IMG/VR virus record: IMGVR_UViG_2740892219_000006 | From: a virus | Lineage: Duplodnaviria > Heunggongvirae > Uroviricota > Caudoviricetes | Length of the DNA stretch: 46,408 bases | Strand: one strand, 5' to 3' | Notes under the pieces: model-generated | What the model was told of the DNA's origin: nothing | The model's input: the letters and a program-made list of their open reading frames with translations, nothing else | Databases searched by the model: none | Position numbers and translations under genes: made by a program | Shown: in pieces, positions 25,367-35,493 of the stretch | Layout: each line of letters starts with the position of its first letter | How positions within the stretch are numbered: position 1 is the stretch's first letter

Positions 25367-26086
25367 GTGGCTGACAGAATTGAGATAAAGATGGATTTTT
25401 CTTCTCAGGATATTCAACGACAACTCCAGCGCCTTGAAGAACGCGAATTGCCGTTCGCAATGGCGCTTGCGGCAACCAGAACGGCAAAGGCTTCTCAGGC
25501 TGCGATTAAGAATGAAATTAATCGGGTATTTGACAGGCCCACGCCGTGGATTCAGAACTCTACTTACGTTTTGGCCGCAAAGAAGAGTGATCCTACAGCC
25601 ATTGTGTATGCTCGTGAATGGGGAGGAACGCCAGCCCCTGTAACGTTGACTCCGCAAATCGAAGGTGGCCAACGACAGTACAAACGCTCAGAAGGGGCGC
25701 TAAGGGCTGGTGGATATTTGCCTAACGGCTGGCAGCTTGCTCCTGGTCCCGGCGCAAAGCTGGACAAATACGGGAATATTTCGCGGGGGCAATTACAGCA
25801 GGTCTTATCTGGCCTAAGAGTTCAGCGAGATGCGCATCAAAATCGCCGTCAGGGCAAGCCTACGGAGTTTTTTGTTGTTCGACCTGGTACAAGTAACCCG
25901 CTTCAACCAGGCGTCTGGCAGCGCGTTGGGCGGCGTCCTACGTTGATCCTTACGTTTATCCAGCAACCTAACTATTCGCAGCGTCTTGATTGGCATGGCG
26001 TGGCGCTGCGTGCTGGTGAGGATGCGTTTGCTGATGAAGTCACAAAGGCTATTGATGACATTCTTTCTAAGACCTTCTCTCGTTAA
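25367..26086 (+). CDS. Hypothetical protein (239 aa, Gly/Pro/Gln-rich centre)
   Basis: GTG start 6 nt after AGGAG; no recognised domain. Confidence 0.45.
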   Translation: MADRIEIKMDFSSQDIQRQLQRLEERELPFAMALAATRTAKASQAAIKNEINRVFDRPTPWIQNSTYVLAAKKSDPTAIVYAREWGGTPAPVTLTPQIEGGQRQYKRSEGALRAGGYLPNGWQLAPGPGAKLDKYGNISRGQLQQVLSGLRVQRDAHQNRRQGKPTEFFVVRPGTSNPLQPGVWQRVGRRPTLILTFIQQPNYSQRLDWHGVALRAGEDAFADEVTKAIDDILSKTFSR

Positions 26087-26643
26087 TCATCGTGTGGTTG
26101 ATGGTGTTGTTATGCAGAGTGTATTCACTGTGTTCTGTAGCGTCGCTCGCTGGCTGTCTGTGGGGGAGCACGAGCATCGTTTCATCGTCCGGCAGAATTG
26201 GGTCCTTCTGGCCAAAAGCGTTGGATGCGGGTCATTCGAACCCCGATGTTCGGCTAGCTAAACGTGAAAAAAGTTAGGTTAAAAGTTGCGGTAAAAGAAA
26301 TTTACTCATCTCATTGAAAAATATCGGGAAAATGTGATTTTTTGCTGTATTTGTGCTGGTAAAAAGAAAGTAGAAAATTTTCTTTTAGATCATCAAGATA
26401 CGTTCAGATCTTTAACCAATGTGATGTTGTTCTGATAAAAATCGTTATAAATCATGCAAATACATCCAATCTTTTAACTAAAACACCATCGCAAGATCCT
26501 TTTTACTTATAAAAACTTAATAAAATCAGATAATTATGCTGGTTTGTGTGATTTTTTATGAGTAAAAAGATCGTCATTTTTCTCTTTTAGTATCAATAAG
26601 TTAAACAGTTTTCTTTAACCTGTTGTGTTATGGCGGTTAAAAA

Positions 26644-27234
26644 ATGGCTCTAAAAATCGAATACTTACCAGTCGGTAAGCTGCTCAGATATGCCAAAAAT
26701 TCACGGACTCATTCAGATGAGCAAGTTGAACAGTTGGTGAACAGTATCCGTGAGTTCGGTTTCACTAATCCTGTGCTGATCGATGAAAAGAATGAACTGA
26801 TTGCGGGGCATGGGCGGCTTGCAGCAGCCGAAATTCTGGAAATGGATAAAGTTCCGGCGATTCGGTTGAGTAACCTTTCTGAAAAACAGAAGAAGGCGTA
26901 CAGGATTGCAGATAACAAGCTGGCCTTAAATGCTGGCTGGGATATGCAGCTTCTGGCCGAAGAAGTCAAAGAGTTAATGGATGATGATTTTGATATTGAT
27001 CTGCTTGGGTTTAATGATGCAGAGCTTGACGAAATGTTAAGCGATGAACAGCCGCAGGAAGAAGACGATAATTCTTCCCCTGTTGTTCAAATTAAGTACC
27101 TGGCTATTGATAAAGAACGTATTCCCGCGACGGATATGGAAATTGCATTGTTGCTGGATGTTTATCGTCAGTACCACGACGCGCATGAAACGCATGAGGG
27201 ATTTGTTCAGTATCTTGCTAATGGTTGCAAGTAA
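26644..27234 (+). CDS. ParB-like nuclease domain protein (paralog 2), immediately upstream of terminase
   Basis: NPVLIDEKNELIAGHGRLAAA; high similarity to paralog 1 over the first ~110 residues. Confidence 0.7.
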   Translation: MALKIEYLPVGKLLRYAKNSRTHSDEQVEQLVNSIREFGFTNPVLIDEKNELIAGHGRLAAAEILEMDKVPAIRLSNLSEKQKKAYRIADNKLALNAGWDMQLLAEEVKELMDDDFDIDLLGFNDAELDEMLSDEQPQEEDDNSSPVVQIKYLAIDKERIPATDMEIALLLDVYRQYHDAHETHEGFVQYLANGCK

Positions 27235-27785
27235 TGGCCATCGTCAGTAAGTCAGAGTTTGCCCGCCGGAAAGGTATTTCTCCGGCAATGGTTACGAAGC
27301 TTTGTCGTTCCGGTCGCATTCCAGTGCTGAAAAGCGGCAAGCTGGATTTTGATAAAGCTAGTGCGGCTTATGAAGCGAGCCGACAGGTTGGTCGTGAGGT
27401 ATCTGCTGAAAACGGAAAAAGAGGGCATGGGATATCTTCGGAACAACCAGAGTTACCCGCTGATGATGCCGGATTAGCTGGTGGTACTTCCGGTGTTGCG
27501 GTGCAATTCAACAAGGCTAAGACTGCAGAAAAAATTTATCAGGCAAAGCTGAAACGCCTTGAATTTGAAGAAAAGGAAGGCTCTCTCATCGCTAAAGATG
27601 CGGTCAGGGATGATGCATTTCTGGCAGCTAATGAATTGCGTAGCCGCTTATTTAGTATTGCTCCAAGAGCAGCTCCCCGTTGTGAAGGCAAAACAGCCAG
27701 GGAGATCGAACGCATTATTGAAGACGAGATTAATTTTGCGCTTCAGGCGCTCCAGGAATCCCGATTTATTAAGCAGGAAGAATAA
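27234..27785 (+). CDS. Terminase small subunit (Nu1-like, N-terminal DNA-binding domain)
   Basis: 183 aa directly upstream of the large terminase; start overlaps the upstream stop. Confidence 0.6.
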   Translation: MAIVSKSEFARRKGISPAMVTKLCRSGRIPVLKSGKLDFDKASAAYEASRQVGREVSAENGKRGHGISSEQPELPADDAGLAGGTSGVAVQFNKAKTAEKIYQAKLKRLEFEEKEGSLIAKDAVRDDAFLAANELRSRLFSIAPRAAPRCEGKTAREIERIIEDEINFALQALQESRFIKQEE

Positions 27786-27790
27786 ACCTC

Positions 27791-29647
27791 ATGGGCGAAA
27801 CAGTATGGAGCACCGCTTTTTTCCGTGCGCTTCGCCCTAAATCACGGCTAACTGTTTCCGAATGGGCTGATAAGTATCGTCATGTAGCGCCGGGAACGTC
27901 TCCAGAGCCAGGGCCGTGGCGTACAAGCCGAGTGCCATATTTGCGTGAACCAATGGATGTTATTGGTGACGCTGATACAGAAACAGTAGTGATGCAATGT
28001 AGCTCGCAAATTGGTAAATCCGAATTACAGCTAAATGTTATGGGTTACTTTGCAGATCAGGAGCCATCTCCTCAGTTGATGATTTATCCAACGGTAGAGG
28101 CGGCTGAGGCTTTTTCAAAAGAGCGTATTGATCCGACGTTCAAATATTCCCCTGGTTTGAAACACAAGCTGCATGAAGGGAAAGAGGGGCGCGGTGCAGC
28201 CAAAAAGTCCAGCACGACTATACGTATGAAGCATTACGCTGGTGGATATATAGCACTTGTTGGTGCTAATTCCCCAGCAGGTCTTGCATCTAGGCCAATT
28301 CGAATACTGTTAGCTGATGAGATTGATCGTTACGGTGTGACGCAGGAGGGCGACCCACTAAAACTAGGTATTCAGCGTACTACCAACTTTCATAATCGTA
28401 AGAAAGTTTTTGTTTCTACTCCTGTTTTGGAGGAAACGAGCAAAATCCACAAGTGGTTTAAGCTCTCCGATCAGCGTTACTACCATGTTCCTTGCCCATG
28501 TTGTGGCACCATGCAGGTGATGAAATGGTCGCAAGTCAGATGGGATAAGAGCGATTCAGGTGAGGCGTTACCGGAAACGGCCAGATATGAGTGCTGTGAG
28601 TGCGGCGGGATTATGCGCGGATCTGGTAAACCAGACGTTGATTGGTTGGCGAAGGGGGTATGGATAGCTGAACATACTGGAGTTAAAGGTATTGTTGGTT
28701 TTCATATTAACAGTCTTTACTCCCCGTGGGTTGCATTGTCAGAGCTGGTTGAAGAATTTACGGAAGCAACCAGAAACCGCGATAAAAATGGATTAATGGA
28801 GTTTATTAACCTTAAGCTGGGTGAGCCATGGAAAGAGGATGCTAAAGACGATATCGATCCTGAATACTTGTTGCAACGCAGAATAAGGTTTGAAGAGTTT
28901 TTACCAGATGATGTTTTATTGTTAAGTGCTGGTGTTGACGTACAGGACACGTATTTAGTTTGTGAATTGGTCGGTTGGGGAAAAGGTAAGGAGTCATGGG
29001 GGATAGAATATAAAATATTCCCAGGTGATCCCGCACAAGATGTTGTCTGGAAACAACTTGATGAATACTTACTCCGTAGCTGGTCATTCCGTGACGGTCG
29101 AAAATTACAGATTTCTTCCGTTTGTATTGACTCTGGTGGGCATTTTACGACAGAGGTATATCGCTTTACTAAGCCGAGAGAATCAAGGCGAATATACTCT
29201 ATCAGGGGGCGTGGTGGGGTAGGTTTACCATTTATAGGAAAGCCAAGTAATAATAACCGTGTGGGTGCTATGTTGTTTAATTTGGGGGTTGATGATGGTA
29301 AAGGGACCATCATGGCAAGAATTAAACTACATGATCCTGGTCCTGGTTATATGCATTTCCCATTAGATTCTGACAGAGGATATGATACCGAATACTTTAA
29401 AGGATTATTATCAGAGAAAAAAATATTTGAATATAAAAATGGGCAGACAAAAGAAAAGTGGGTGAAAGTCTACGAGCGTAACGAGCCTCTTGATTGCCGT
29501 AACTATGCAACTGCCGCGATGGAAATTCTGAACCCTAATTTTAACTGGCTTGCCGAACAGGAAATGCGAGGTAATGTGTATGTGCAGAACTCGTCAGGTA
29601 TACGTAGAAGACGCCGTAGAGTTATAAGTAAAGGCGTAACCATATAG
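27791..29647 (+). CDS. Terminase large subunit (lambda GpA family)
   Basis: 618 aa; GpA-like N-terminal ATPase region (IRILLADEIDRYG); gene order as in lambda. Confidence 0.85.
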   Translation: MGETVWSTAFFRALRPKSRLTVSEWADKYRHVAPGTSPEPGPWRTSRVPYLREPMDVIGDADTETVVMQCSSQIGKSELQLNVMGYFADQEPSPQLMIYPTVEAAEAFSKERIDPTFKYSPGLKHKLHEGKEGRGAAKKSSTTIRMKHYAGGYIALVGANSPAGLASRPIRILLADEIDRYGVTQEGDPLKLGIQRTTNFHNRKKVFVSTPVLEETSKIHKWFKLSDQRYYHVPCPCCGTMQVMKWSQVRWDKSDSGEALPETARYECCECGGIMRGSGKPDVDWLAKGVWIAEHTGVKGIVGFHINSLYSPWVALSELVEEFTEATRNRDKNGLMEFINLKLGEPWKEDAKDDIDPEYLLQRRIRFEEFLPDDVLLLSAGVDVQDTYLVCELVGWGKGKESWGIEYKIFPGDPAQDVVWKQLDEYLLRSWSFRDGRKLQISSVCIDSGGHFTTEVYRFTKPRESRRIYSIRGRGGVGLPFIGKPSNNNRVGAMLFNLGVDDGKGTIMARIKLHDPGPGYMHFPLDSDRGYDTEYFKGLLSEKKIFEYKNGQTKEKWVKVYERNEPLDCRNYATAAMEILNPNFNWLAEQEMRGNVYVQNSSGIRRRRRRVISKGVTI

Positions 29648-29658
29648 AGGAAATATAA

Positions 29659-29898
29659 ATGAACAATGAAGCATTTTCTCTGACTGAAGCCAGAGAGATG
29701 TTATCTGTCTGGCGGGAAGCATATCGCGCTATTGCTATTGGCGGTCAGTCATATAAATTTGGTACGCGGCAGTTAACTCGTGCGGATTTATCAGAAGTCA
29801 GAAAAGAGATGGATTACTGGCGTAATGAAGTAGAAAGATTATCAGCAGGTATACGCCGAGGCCCACGAATTAAACGAGTGGTGATAAGAGATTTATGA
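29659..29898 (+). CDS. Head-tail joining protein (gpW-like)
   Basis: 79-aa ORF between terminase and portal, lambda W position. Confidence 0.55.
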   Translation: MNNEAFSLTEAREMLSVWREAYRAIAIGGQSYKFGTRQLTRADLSEVRKEMDYWRNEVERLSAGIRRGPRIKRVVIRDL

Positions 29899-31469
29899 AT
29901 ATTCTTGATCGAGTTATTGCGCCGTTTTCACCTCAGAGGGCATTAAATCGAGCTTTGGCAAGAAAACGGTTAGAAGCACTTGAAGGTATTAATAACCTTG
30001 GATATTCACGTCATGGTGCAAGCACTCATAAAAAATCATTAAGGGGTTGGTTTAGTAAAGCTGGTTCTCCTGATGATGATATTGTTAAAAATATAGATAA
30101 ATTGCGTGAGCGTTCTCGTGATCTCTTCATGGGAAACCCGCTATCTGTTGGCGCAATAAAAACTATCAGGACAAACGTTGTTGGTTCCGGTTTAAAACTA
30201 AATGCGAACATTGATGCCGATTTCTTGGGGATGACGCAGGAAGAAGCGCGAGCATGGGAAAAGCATGTTGAGCGTGAGTTTAGATTATGGGCTGATTCTC
30301 CAAATTGTGATGCATCAAGAATGTGTACTTTTGGACAATTGCAATCATTGGTCCAAATATCTGCGTTAACATCTGGCGATATATTTGCTGCGCTACCAGT
30401 TATTAAGCGTAAGGGTGTTATATATGATTTGTGCGTCTATTTAATTGAAGGTGATCGTGTTTGCAATCCAGAGGATCGTTTTATACCAAATCTTTACGGT
30501 GGCGTAGAGGTTGGTGAATTTAGCGAGCCTGTGGCGTACTGGGTTGCAAAACATCACCCAGCCGGGACTTCTGGTTTTGTAACCCGCAAGTGGGAACGTA
30601 TTCCCGCATATGGGAGTAAAACAGGAAGAAGAAATATTCTGCATGTCATGCAGGATTTTGAAAGGCCTGGGCAACGCCGTGGCGTTCCTGTCCTTGCTCC
30701 TGTAATTGAAGCATTGAAGCAGTTAGGACGATACACCGATGCTGAATTGGTTGCTGCGGTTGTGTCAGGGATGTTTACTGTCTTTATTAAAACAGACGCT
30801 CCTGATGGACCAGTCGGTGAATCGGGTATCCCTCAGTACGAGCAGATCGATAACCATGATGATAACACCCAAGAAATGGGGAATGGCTCCATAGTAAGTT
30901 TGGGTGAAGGTGAGTCGATAGATACAGCAAATCCCGGGCGACCAAATACGGCATTTGATGGTTTTGTTGTCGCCATATGCCGTCAAATTGGGGCTGCTTT
31001 AGAACTCCCTTACGAACTCTTGGTAAAGCATTTTACAGCAAGTTATAGCGCAAGCAGGGCCGCATTACTTGAAGCCTGGAAAATGTTCCGTATGCGACGT
31101 GACTGGATGGTTCAGTCATTTTGCCAACCGATCTATGAGGAATGGTTGGCCGAAGCCGTTGCTAAAGGTCGTGTTATTGCCCCTGGTTTTTTTTATGGGC
31201 CTGAATATCGCGCTGCATGGAGTGGCGCTCAATGGTATGGCCCATCACAAGGCCAATTAGATCCCCTTAAAGAAGTCAAAGCTGCAAAACTGCGTGTTGA
31301 GGAAACATTCTCTACCCGTGAAAAGGAAGCGGCTGAAATGTCAGGTCTTAACTGGGAAGAAACCGCACAAATTTGTGGCAGAGAAGAGAATGCTCGCCGT
31401 GAGTTGGGGCTGATTACGCCTCCTGTTTCTGAGGTAAATGAACAAAATATGGAGACAGATGATGCCTAA
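29895..31469 (+). CDS. Portal protein (lambda gpB family)
   Basis: 524 aa in the position and size of a lambda-family portal. Confidence 0.85.
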   Translation: MNILDRVIAPFSPQRALNRALARKRLEALEGINNLGYSRHGASTHKKSLRGWFSKAGSPDDDIVKNIDKLRERSRDLFMGNPLSVGAIKTIRTNVVGSGLKLNANIDADFLGMTQEEARAWEKHVEREFRLWADSPNCDASRMCTFGQLQSLVQISALTSGDIFAALPVIKRKGVIYDLCVYLIEGDRVCNPEDRFIPNLYGGVEVGEFSEPVAYWVAKHHPAGTSGFVTRKWERIPAYGSKTGRRNILHVMQDFERPGQRRGVPVLAPVIEALKQLGRYTDAELVAAVVSGMFTVFIKTDAPDGPVGESGIPQYEQIDNHDDNTQEMGNGSIVSLGEGESIDTANPGRPNTAFDGFVVAICRQIGAALELPYELLVKHFTASYSASRAALLEAWKMFRMRRDWMVQSFCQPIYEEWLAEAVAKGRVIAPGFFYGPEYRAAWSGAQWYGPSQGQLDPLKEVKAAKLRVEETFSTREKEAAEMSGLNWEETAQICGREENARRELGLITPPVSEVNEQNMETDDA

Positions 31470-32526
31470 TTGGTGGGAAATAAAAAATAGCACGGGTGAA
31501 GATGACTCTCCGGCTGAACTTTTAATCTACGGATATATTGGCGAATTTGATGAGGTTTCTTCTTCTGACATAGTTAATAAATTAAAGGATATATCATCAA
31601 ATGCTATCAACGTAAAAATTAATAGTTATGGTGGTTCTGTTTTTACTGCTCAAGCTATTCTTTCTTCATTAAAACGTCATAAGGCTAATATTACTGTTTA
31701 TATTGATGGTATTGCTGCATCGGCTGCAACCATTATTGCAATGGCAGGTGATAAAGTTGTTATCCCATCTAATGCTATGATGATGATCCATAATCCGTGG
31801 ACATTTGCTGCTGGTGATGCGGATGAACTACGTGATATTGCTGAGATGATGGATAAGATACGAGATAGTATTTTATCTGCATATAAGGAGAAAACAGGGC
31901 TTTCTGAGGATAAATTAATTGAACTAATGGATCAGGAAACATGGCTAAATGCAGAAGAGGCTGTAGAGCTTGGATTTGCTGACGAAGTTGAAAAACCAAT
32001 GCGCTTATCCGCTTCTATAAAGGAAGGGATGCTTTCGCTCAATGGAATAACTTTTGAAGCATCAAGGTTTTCAAAATTACCTGATTCGCTCGCAAAGTTG
32101 CCACAAAATAAAAATGAATTATCTACTGAATTAAATGAACAAAATGAGGACGATGTTGTGACTCTTGATGAATTAAAAAATAAACATCCAGAATTATACA
32201 ATCAGGTTTTTAATGCTGGTAAAGACGAGGGCGTTAAATCAGAACGCGAGCGCATTGAAACAATCGAGAATAGCGTAATTCCAGGTCATGACGACTTGGT
32301 TAAGAATGCAAAATTTAAAACGGGAATTTCTGCGGCTGAACTTGCTTTGGAAATTATGAATGCAGAGCGAGCGCGTAACAAAAACTTTCTTAATCAACGG
32401 CAAGAAGACGCAAATGAGGTGAATGATTCAGTTGATGTTAATCAACCAGAAAACAACGGCGATAAACAAGCTGAAGTAGTAAAAAATGTTATTGGGTCAG
32501 TATTTAAAAACCGCGATAAAAATTAA
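31462..32526 (+). CDS. Head maturation protease (ClpP/S49-like) with C-terminal scaffold region
   Basis: ClpP/SppA-like core (NSYGGSVFTAQAI...IDGIAASAATIIAMAGDK); start uncertain (31438, 31462 or 31465). Confidence 0.8.
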   Translation: MPNWWEIKNSTGEDDSPAELLIYGYIGEFDEVSSSDIVNKLKDISSNAINVKINSYGGSVFTAQAILSSLKRHKANITVYIDGIAASAATIIAMAGDKVVIPSNAMMMIHNPWTFAAGDADELRDIAEMMDKIRDSILSAYKEKTGLSEDKLIELMDQETWLNAEEAVELGFADEVEKPMRLSASIKEGMLSLNGITFEASRFSKLPDSLAKLPQNKNELSTELNEQNEDDVVTLDELKNKHPELYNQVFNAGKDEGVKSERERIETIENSVIPGHDDLVKNAKFKTGISAAELALEIMNAERARNKNFLNQRQEDANEVNDSVDVNQPENNGDKQAEVVKNVIGSVFKNRDKN

Positions 32527-32535
32527 GGTGAGTTT

Positions 32536-32919
32536 ATGCGAGAGTCTTTTTCATTTGAACCAGATAATCTGATTATTTCTGGTGGTATGCCAGCAATTAC
32601 AACAAGTATTAAACTTGCCAGCGGTAAAGTAAATCGAGGTGAGTTGCTTGCTTTTGTCAGTATTGATCAGACAACAAATGTTGTCACTGTGGCACCAATA
32701 AATCTCTCTGGTGAGGGGGTGGCAAAAGAACCATATTGTATCGCTCAACATAGTATTGATGCGACTGATTCAGCGCAAGTTGGAACAGCATGGCTGACCG
32801 GAATGTTCAATGCACATGCGGTTATCCTTCCTGAATCAGCAAAGATTGCCGATGTATATCTGGCTTGCCGGAAGGTTGGGATATTCCTTAATACCGCACA
32901 ACAAAATCCATCTGCATAA
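32536..32919 (+). CDS. Head decoration protein (gpD-like)
   Basis: 127-aa ORF between protease and major capsid, lambda D position. Confidence 0.6.
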   Translation: MRESFSFEPDNLIISGGMPAITTSIKLASGKVNRGELLAFVSIDQTTNVVTVAPINLSGEGVAKEPYCIAQHSIDATDSAQVGTAWLTGMFNAHAVILPESAKIADVYLACRKVGIFLNTAQQNPSA

Positions 32920-32939
32920 TATAAAGAGGTCGTATTTTT

Positions 32940-33983
32940 ATGCCGAATATTGATATTTTTGAACGACGTACAATGCTTGAGCCTGTTATTCAGAATTTCA
33001 AGGCTCGTCGTTTTCTTCTTCGTACCTTTTTTCCTGGTGTTCAGACCTTTAATACAAAGAAAGTTGATCTGGATTTTGTTCGCGGTGGCCGTACTATGGC
33101 TCCGTTTGTTGGTAAAGGTTTTGGGTCAAAAACCGTTGAGCGACGCGGCTTTGTAACGAGAACTCTGGAGCCACCACTTGTTGCACCTGATTTGGTAACA
33201 ACAGCCGAGCTGCTTTTAAACAGGCTTCCGGGTGAGAATATTTACAACGCAAAATCGCCAGCAGAACGAGCCGCCGAGCAATTAGGTAAAGATTTGCTTG
33301 AGCTTGATGAAATGGTTAACCGCCGTGAAGAATGGATGTGTGCACAAGTCTTGTTTACGGGGCAGGTTGATATTGTTGGTGAAGGAGTGGATGACACAGT
33401 TTATTTTTGGCCTGAAGAGGAAGGAGATAAACCATATCTTGAACTGACAGGTGATGATTTATGGAGTGCAGCAAAATCTGATCCGTTGGTCAATGTTCGC
33501 AACTGGAAACGTCGGGTATCACTAACTTCAGGTTTTACACCTCGTGTTGCCGTAATGGGCGCAAAAGTTGTTGATGCCTTCGTTAAAAATGAAGCAGTAA
33601 CTAAATATCTTGATAATCGCCGAAAAGAGCTTGGGTATATTGAGCCTAAGGAGTTAGAAGAAGGCGTAACTCATTATGGCAATCTTGAAGGTGTCGATTT
33701 TTATGGTTACGACGAACTTATTCGCAATGATAAAACAGGAAAACCAGAACCATTAGTACCGGAAGATAAGATCCTCTTTGGCTCTCCTGGTCGAGGAACG
33801 ATGCTGTATGGTGCTGTAGAGCTTGTAGATGACGCCGAAAAGACTCTAACGATTGTTGAGTCGCCACGAGTTCCAGACACCTGGGTAACTCGTAAGCCGG
33901 CTGGCCGTTATGTTGCCATGAAGTCATCTCCACTGCCTAATCCAGGTGTGGCTGATGCCTATCTGGTGGCTAAGGTGGTTTAA
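32940..33983 (+). CDS. Major capsid protein (lambda gpE family)
   Basis: 347 aa; C-terminal region aligns by eye with lambda E (VPDTWVTRKP...). Confidence 0.85.
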   Translation: MPNIDIFERRTMLEPVIQNFKARRFLLRTFFPGVQTFNTKKVDLDFVRGGRTMAPFVGKGFGSKTVERRGFVTRTLEPPLVAPDLVTTAELLLNRLPGENIYNAKSPAERAAEQLGKDLLELDEMVNRREEWMCAQVLFTGQVDIVGEGVDDTVYFWPEEEGDKPYLELTGDDLWSAAKSDPLVNVRNWKRRVSLTSGFTPRVAVMGAKVVDAFVKNEAVTKYLDNRRKELGYIEPKELEEGVTHYGNLEGVDFYGYDELIRNDKTGKPEPLVPEDKILFGSPGRGTMLYGAVELVDDAEKTLTIVESPRVPDTWVTRKPAGRYVAMKSSPLPNPGVADAYLVAKVV

Positions 33984-34376
33984 ATGGCCAGACTGATTAA
34001 AAATATTGATACGATAAGCCACGGCTCGCTAAAAGCGGGCCGTTTGCTTAATGGGCTAATGGATAACTCCAGAATTGCTGAACTGATTGCGTCAGGACAT
34101 GCTATTGCCACCGAAGAGGATGGGGATTTGGCATCGGCCGGGGGCTATGATGCTGCTAAGTTAGCTTTTGAGCATGGATACGCATCTGCTGTTAATGATG
34201 CTGTGGACGCGGGGTTGATTACGCGAACGGAGGCGGGTAGCTGTGTATTCGAGGTTGAGTTTGAGGATGATGGCGGCAATGAGGAAACGGTTGCTGATGA
34301 TTCATCTGAATCTGTAGCTACTTCTGATACCAGTAATGCGAAAAAATCAACGCAAAAAAAAGGTAATAAGAAGTAA
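33984..34376 (+). CDS. Hypothetical head-associated protein (FI-like position, acidic C-terminus)
   Basis: Position after the capsid gene; no recognised domain. Confidence 0.4.
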   Translation: MARLIKNIDTISHGSLKAGRLLNGLMDNSRIAELIASGHAIATEEDGDLASAGGYDAAKLAFEHGYASAVNDAVDAGLITRTEAGSCVFEVEFEDDGGNEETVADDSSESVATSDTSNAKKSTQKKGNKK

Positions 34377-34720
34377 TGAACTCCTTCAAAGAGGTTATAG
34401 CGCAAGATATTTCTGCAATATTCCTCAATGAAAAAGAGTTTGCCGATACATATAACATAGACGGCAAGGATATCCTTGCCGTTATTGATACAGACCTTAT
34501 TCATGAGCGGAATAAACGCTCATATGCTGAGTTTGCAGAGGGAATAAATCAGGGGCAAATAATATTATTTGTTTCAAGAAAAGATTTTCCTGTTCTCCCA
34601 GTCAAAGACCAGTCAATGAAAATCAACGGTAAAAATTATATTGTTGATGAAGTATCAGATAATGTTGGTGTATTGGAAATAACTCTCACTGTTAATACTA
34701 ACAGAGGAATGCCGATTTGA
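34376..34720 (+). CDS. Putative head completion / head-tail connector protein
   Basis: 114-aa ORF, synteny only. Confidence 0.4.
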   Translation: MNSFKEVIAQDISAIFLNEKEFADTYNIDGKDILAVIDTDLIHERNKRSYAEFAEGINQGQIILFVSRKDFPVLPVKDQSMKINGKNYIVDEVSDNVGVLEITLTVNTNRGMPI

Positions 34721-35202
34721 TTAATCTTTTGATAGATGCAATAAAAAATCGGTTGGAACATGAGGTTTTCCATGATTTATTAGTGCAGGGGCCTCCTTAT
34801 GATGAAACAGACAGCGATATTAAATTGTTTGTTCCAACAATATTTAAAGGGTACTTGCCTCCTAAATCACAACCATCTCCAGATAAACCGCCAGAATTTC
34901 CTCATGTGATTATCAGGCCCACGGAAGGAGGAATGCAGCCTGAAACGGATGAAGTTAAGGTTAAGTTTCTTCTAGGTGGTTTTTGTGAGGACCATACTGG
35001 ATATGAATGGGTAATGGCTCTTCTTGAAAGGATGATGTTTCATTTTCAGGAGAAGCCTTTACTTGAAGAGAAATTTCTTTTTCAGGGCGATATCAGATGG
35101 CGAATGTTTGATGATCAACCGTATCCATATTGGATAACGGAAGCAACTGGAACGTGGCTAGTATTAAAGCCTCAGAATATTCAGTCTCAGGAGTTTATCT
35201 AA
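34717..35202 (+). CDS. Putative tail completion / neck protein
   Basis: 161-aa ORF, synteny only; TTG start. Confidence 0.4.
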   Translation: MINLLIDAIKNRLEHEVFHDLLVQGPPYDETDSDIKLFVPTIFKGYLPPKSQPSPDKPPEFPHVIIRPTEGGMQPETDEVKVKFLLGGFCEDHTGYEWVMALLERMMFHFQEKPLLEEKFLFQGDIRWRMFDDQPYPYWITEATGTWLVLKPQNIQSQEFI

Positions 35203-35493
35203 ATGGCTAATAAGAAAAGTAGTAAAGAAGATATAGAAAAGAAGGAAGATGTTGCTCAAACATTTGTATATATAGGACCAACAATTCCTCAACTCTCAAT
35301 TTTGAAGCATAAACTATTTAAGAATGGCTTATCTCCAGAGTGTAAAAAATTAATATCACATATTCCTGGTGCAAAGTGTTTGTTTGTGGCAACCAGTGAT
35401 TTTGCAGATGCAGAGAAAAGACTTTCTGATAAAACCAGTGTCGAGTATGTAATGTACTCTAGAGTTTCTTCTTCTATCATGGAGATTAAATAA
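35203..35493 (+). CDS. Hypothetical protein (96 aa)
   Basis: ORF immediately before the sheath gene. Confidence 0.4.
   Translation: MANKKSSKEDIEKKEDVAQTFVYIGPTIPQLSILKHKLFKNGLSPECKKLISHIPGAKCLFVATSDFADAEKRLSDKTSVEYVMYSRVSSSIMEIK

Noticed and set aside
28717-29313. 198-aa minus-strand ORF
   Set aside because: Lies entirely antisense within the large terminase gene.
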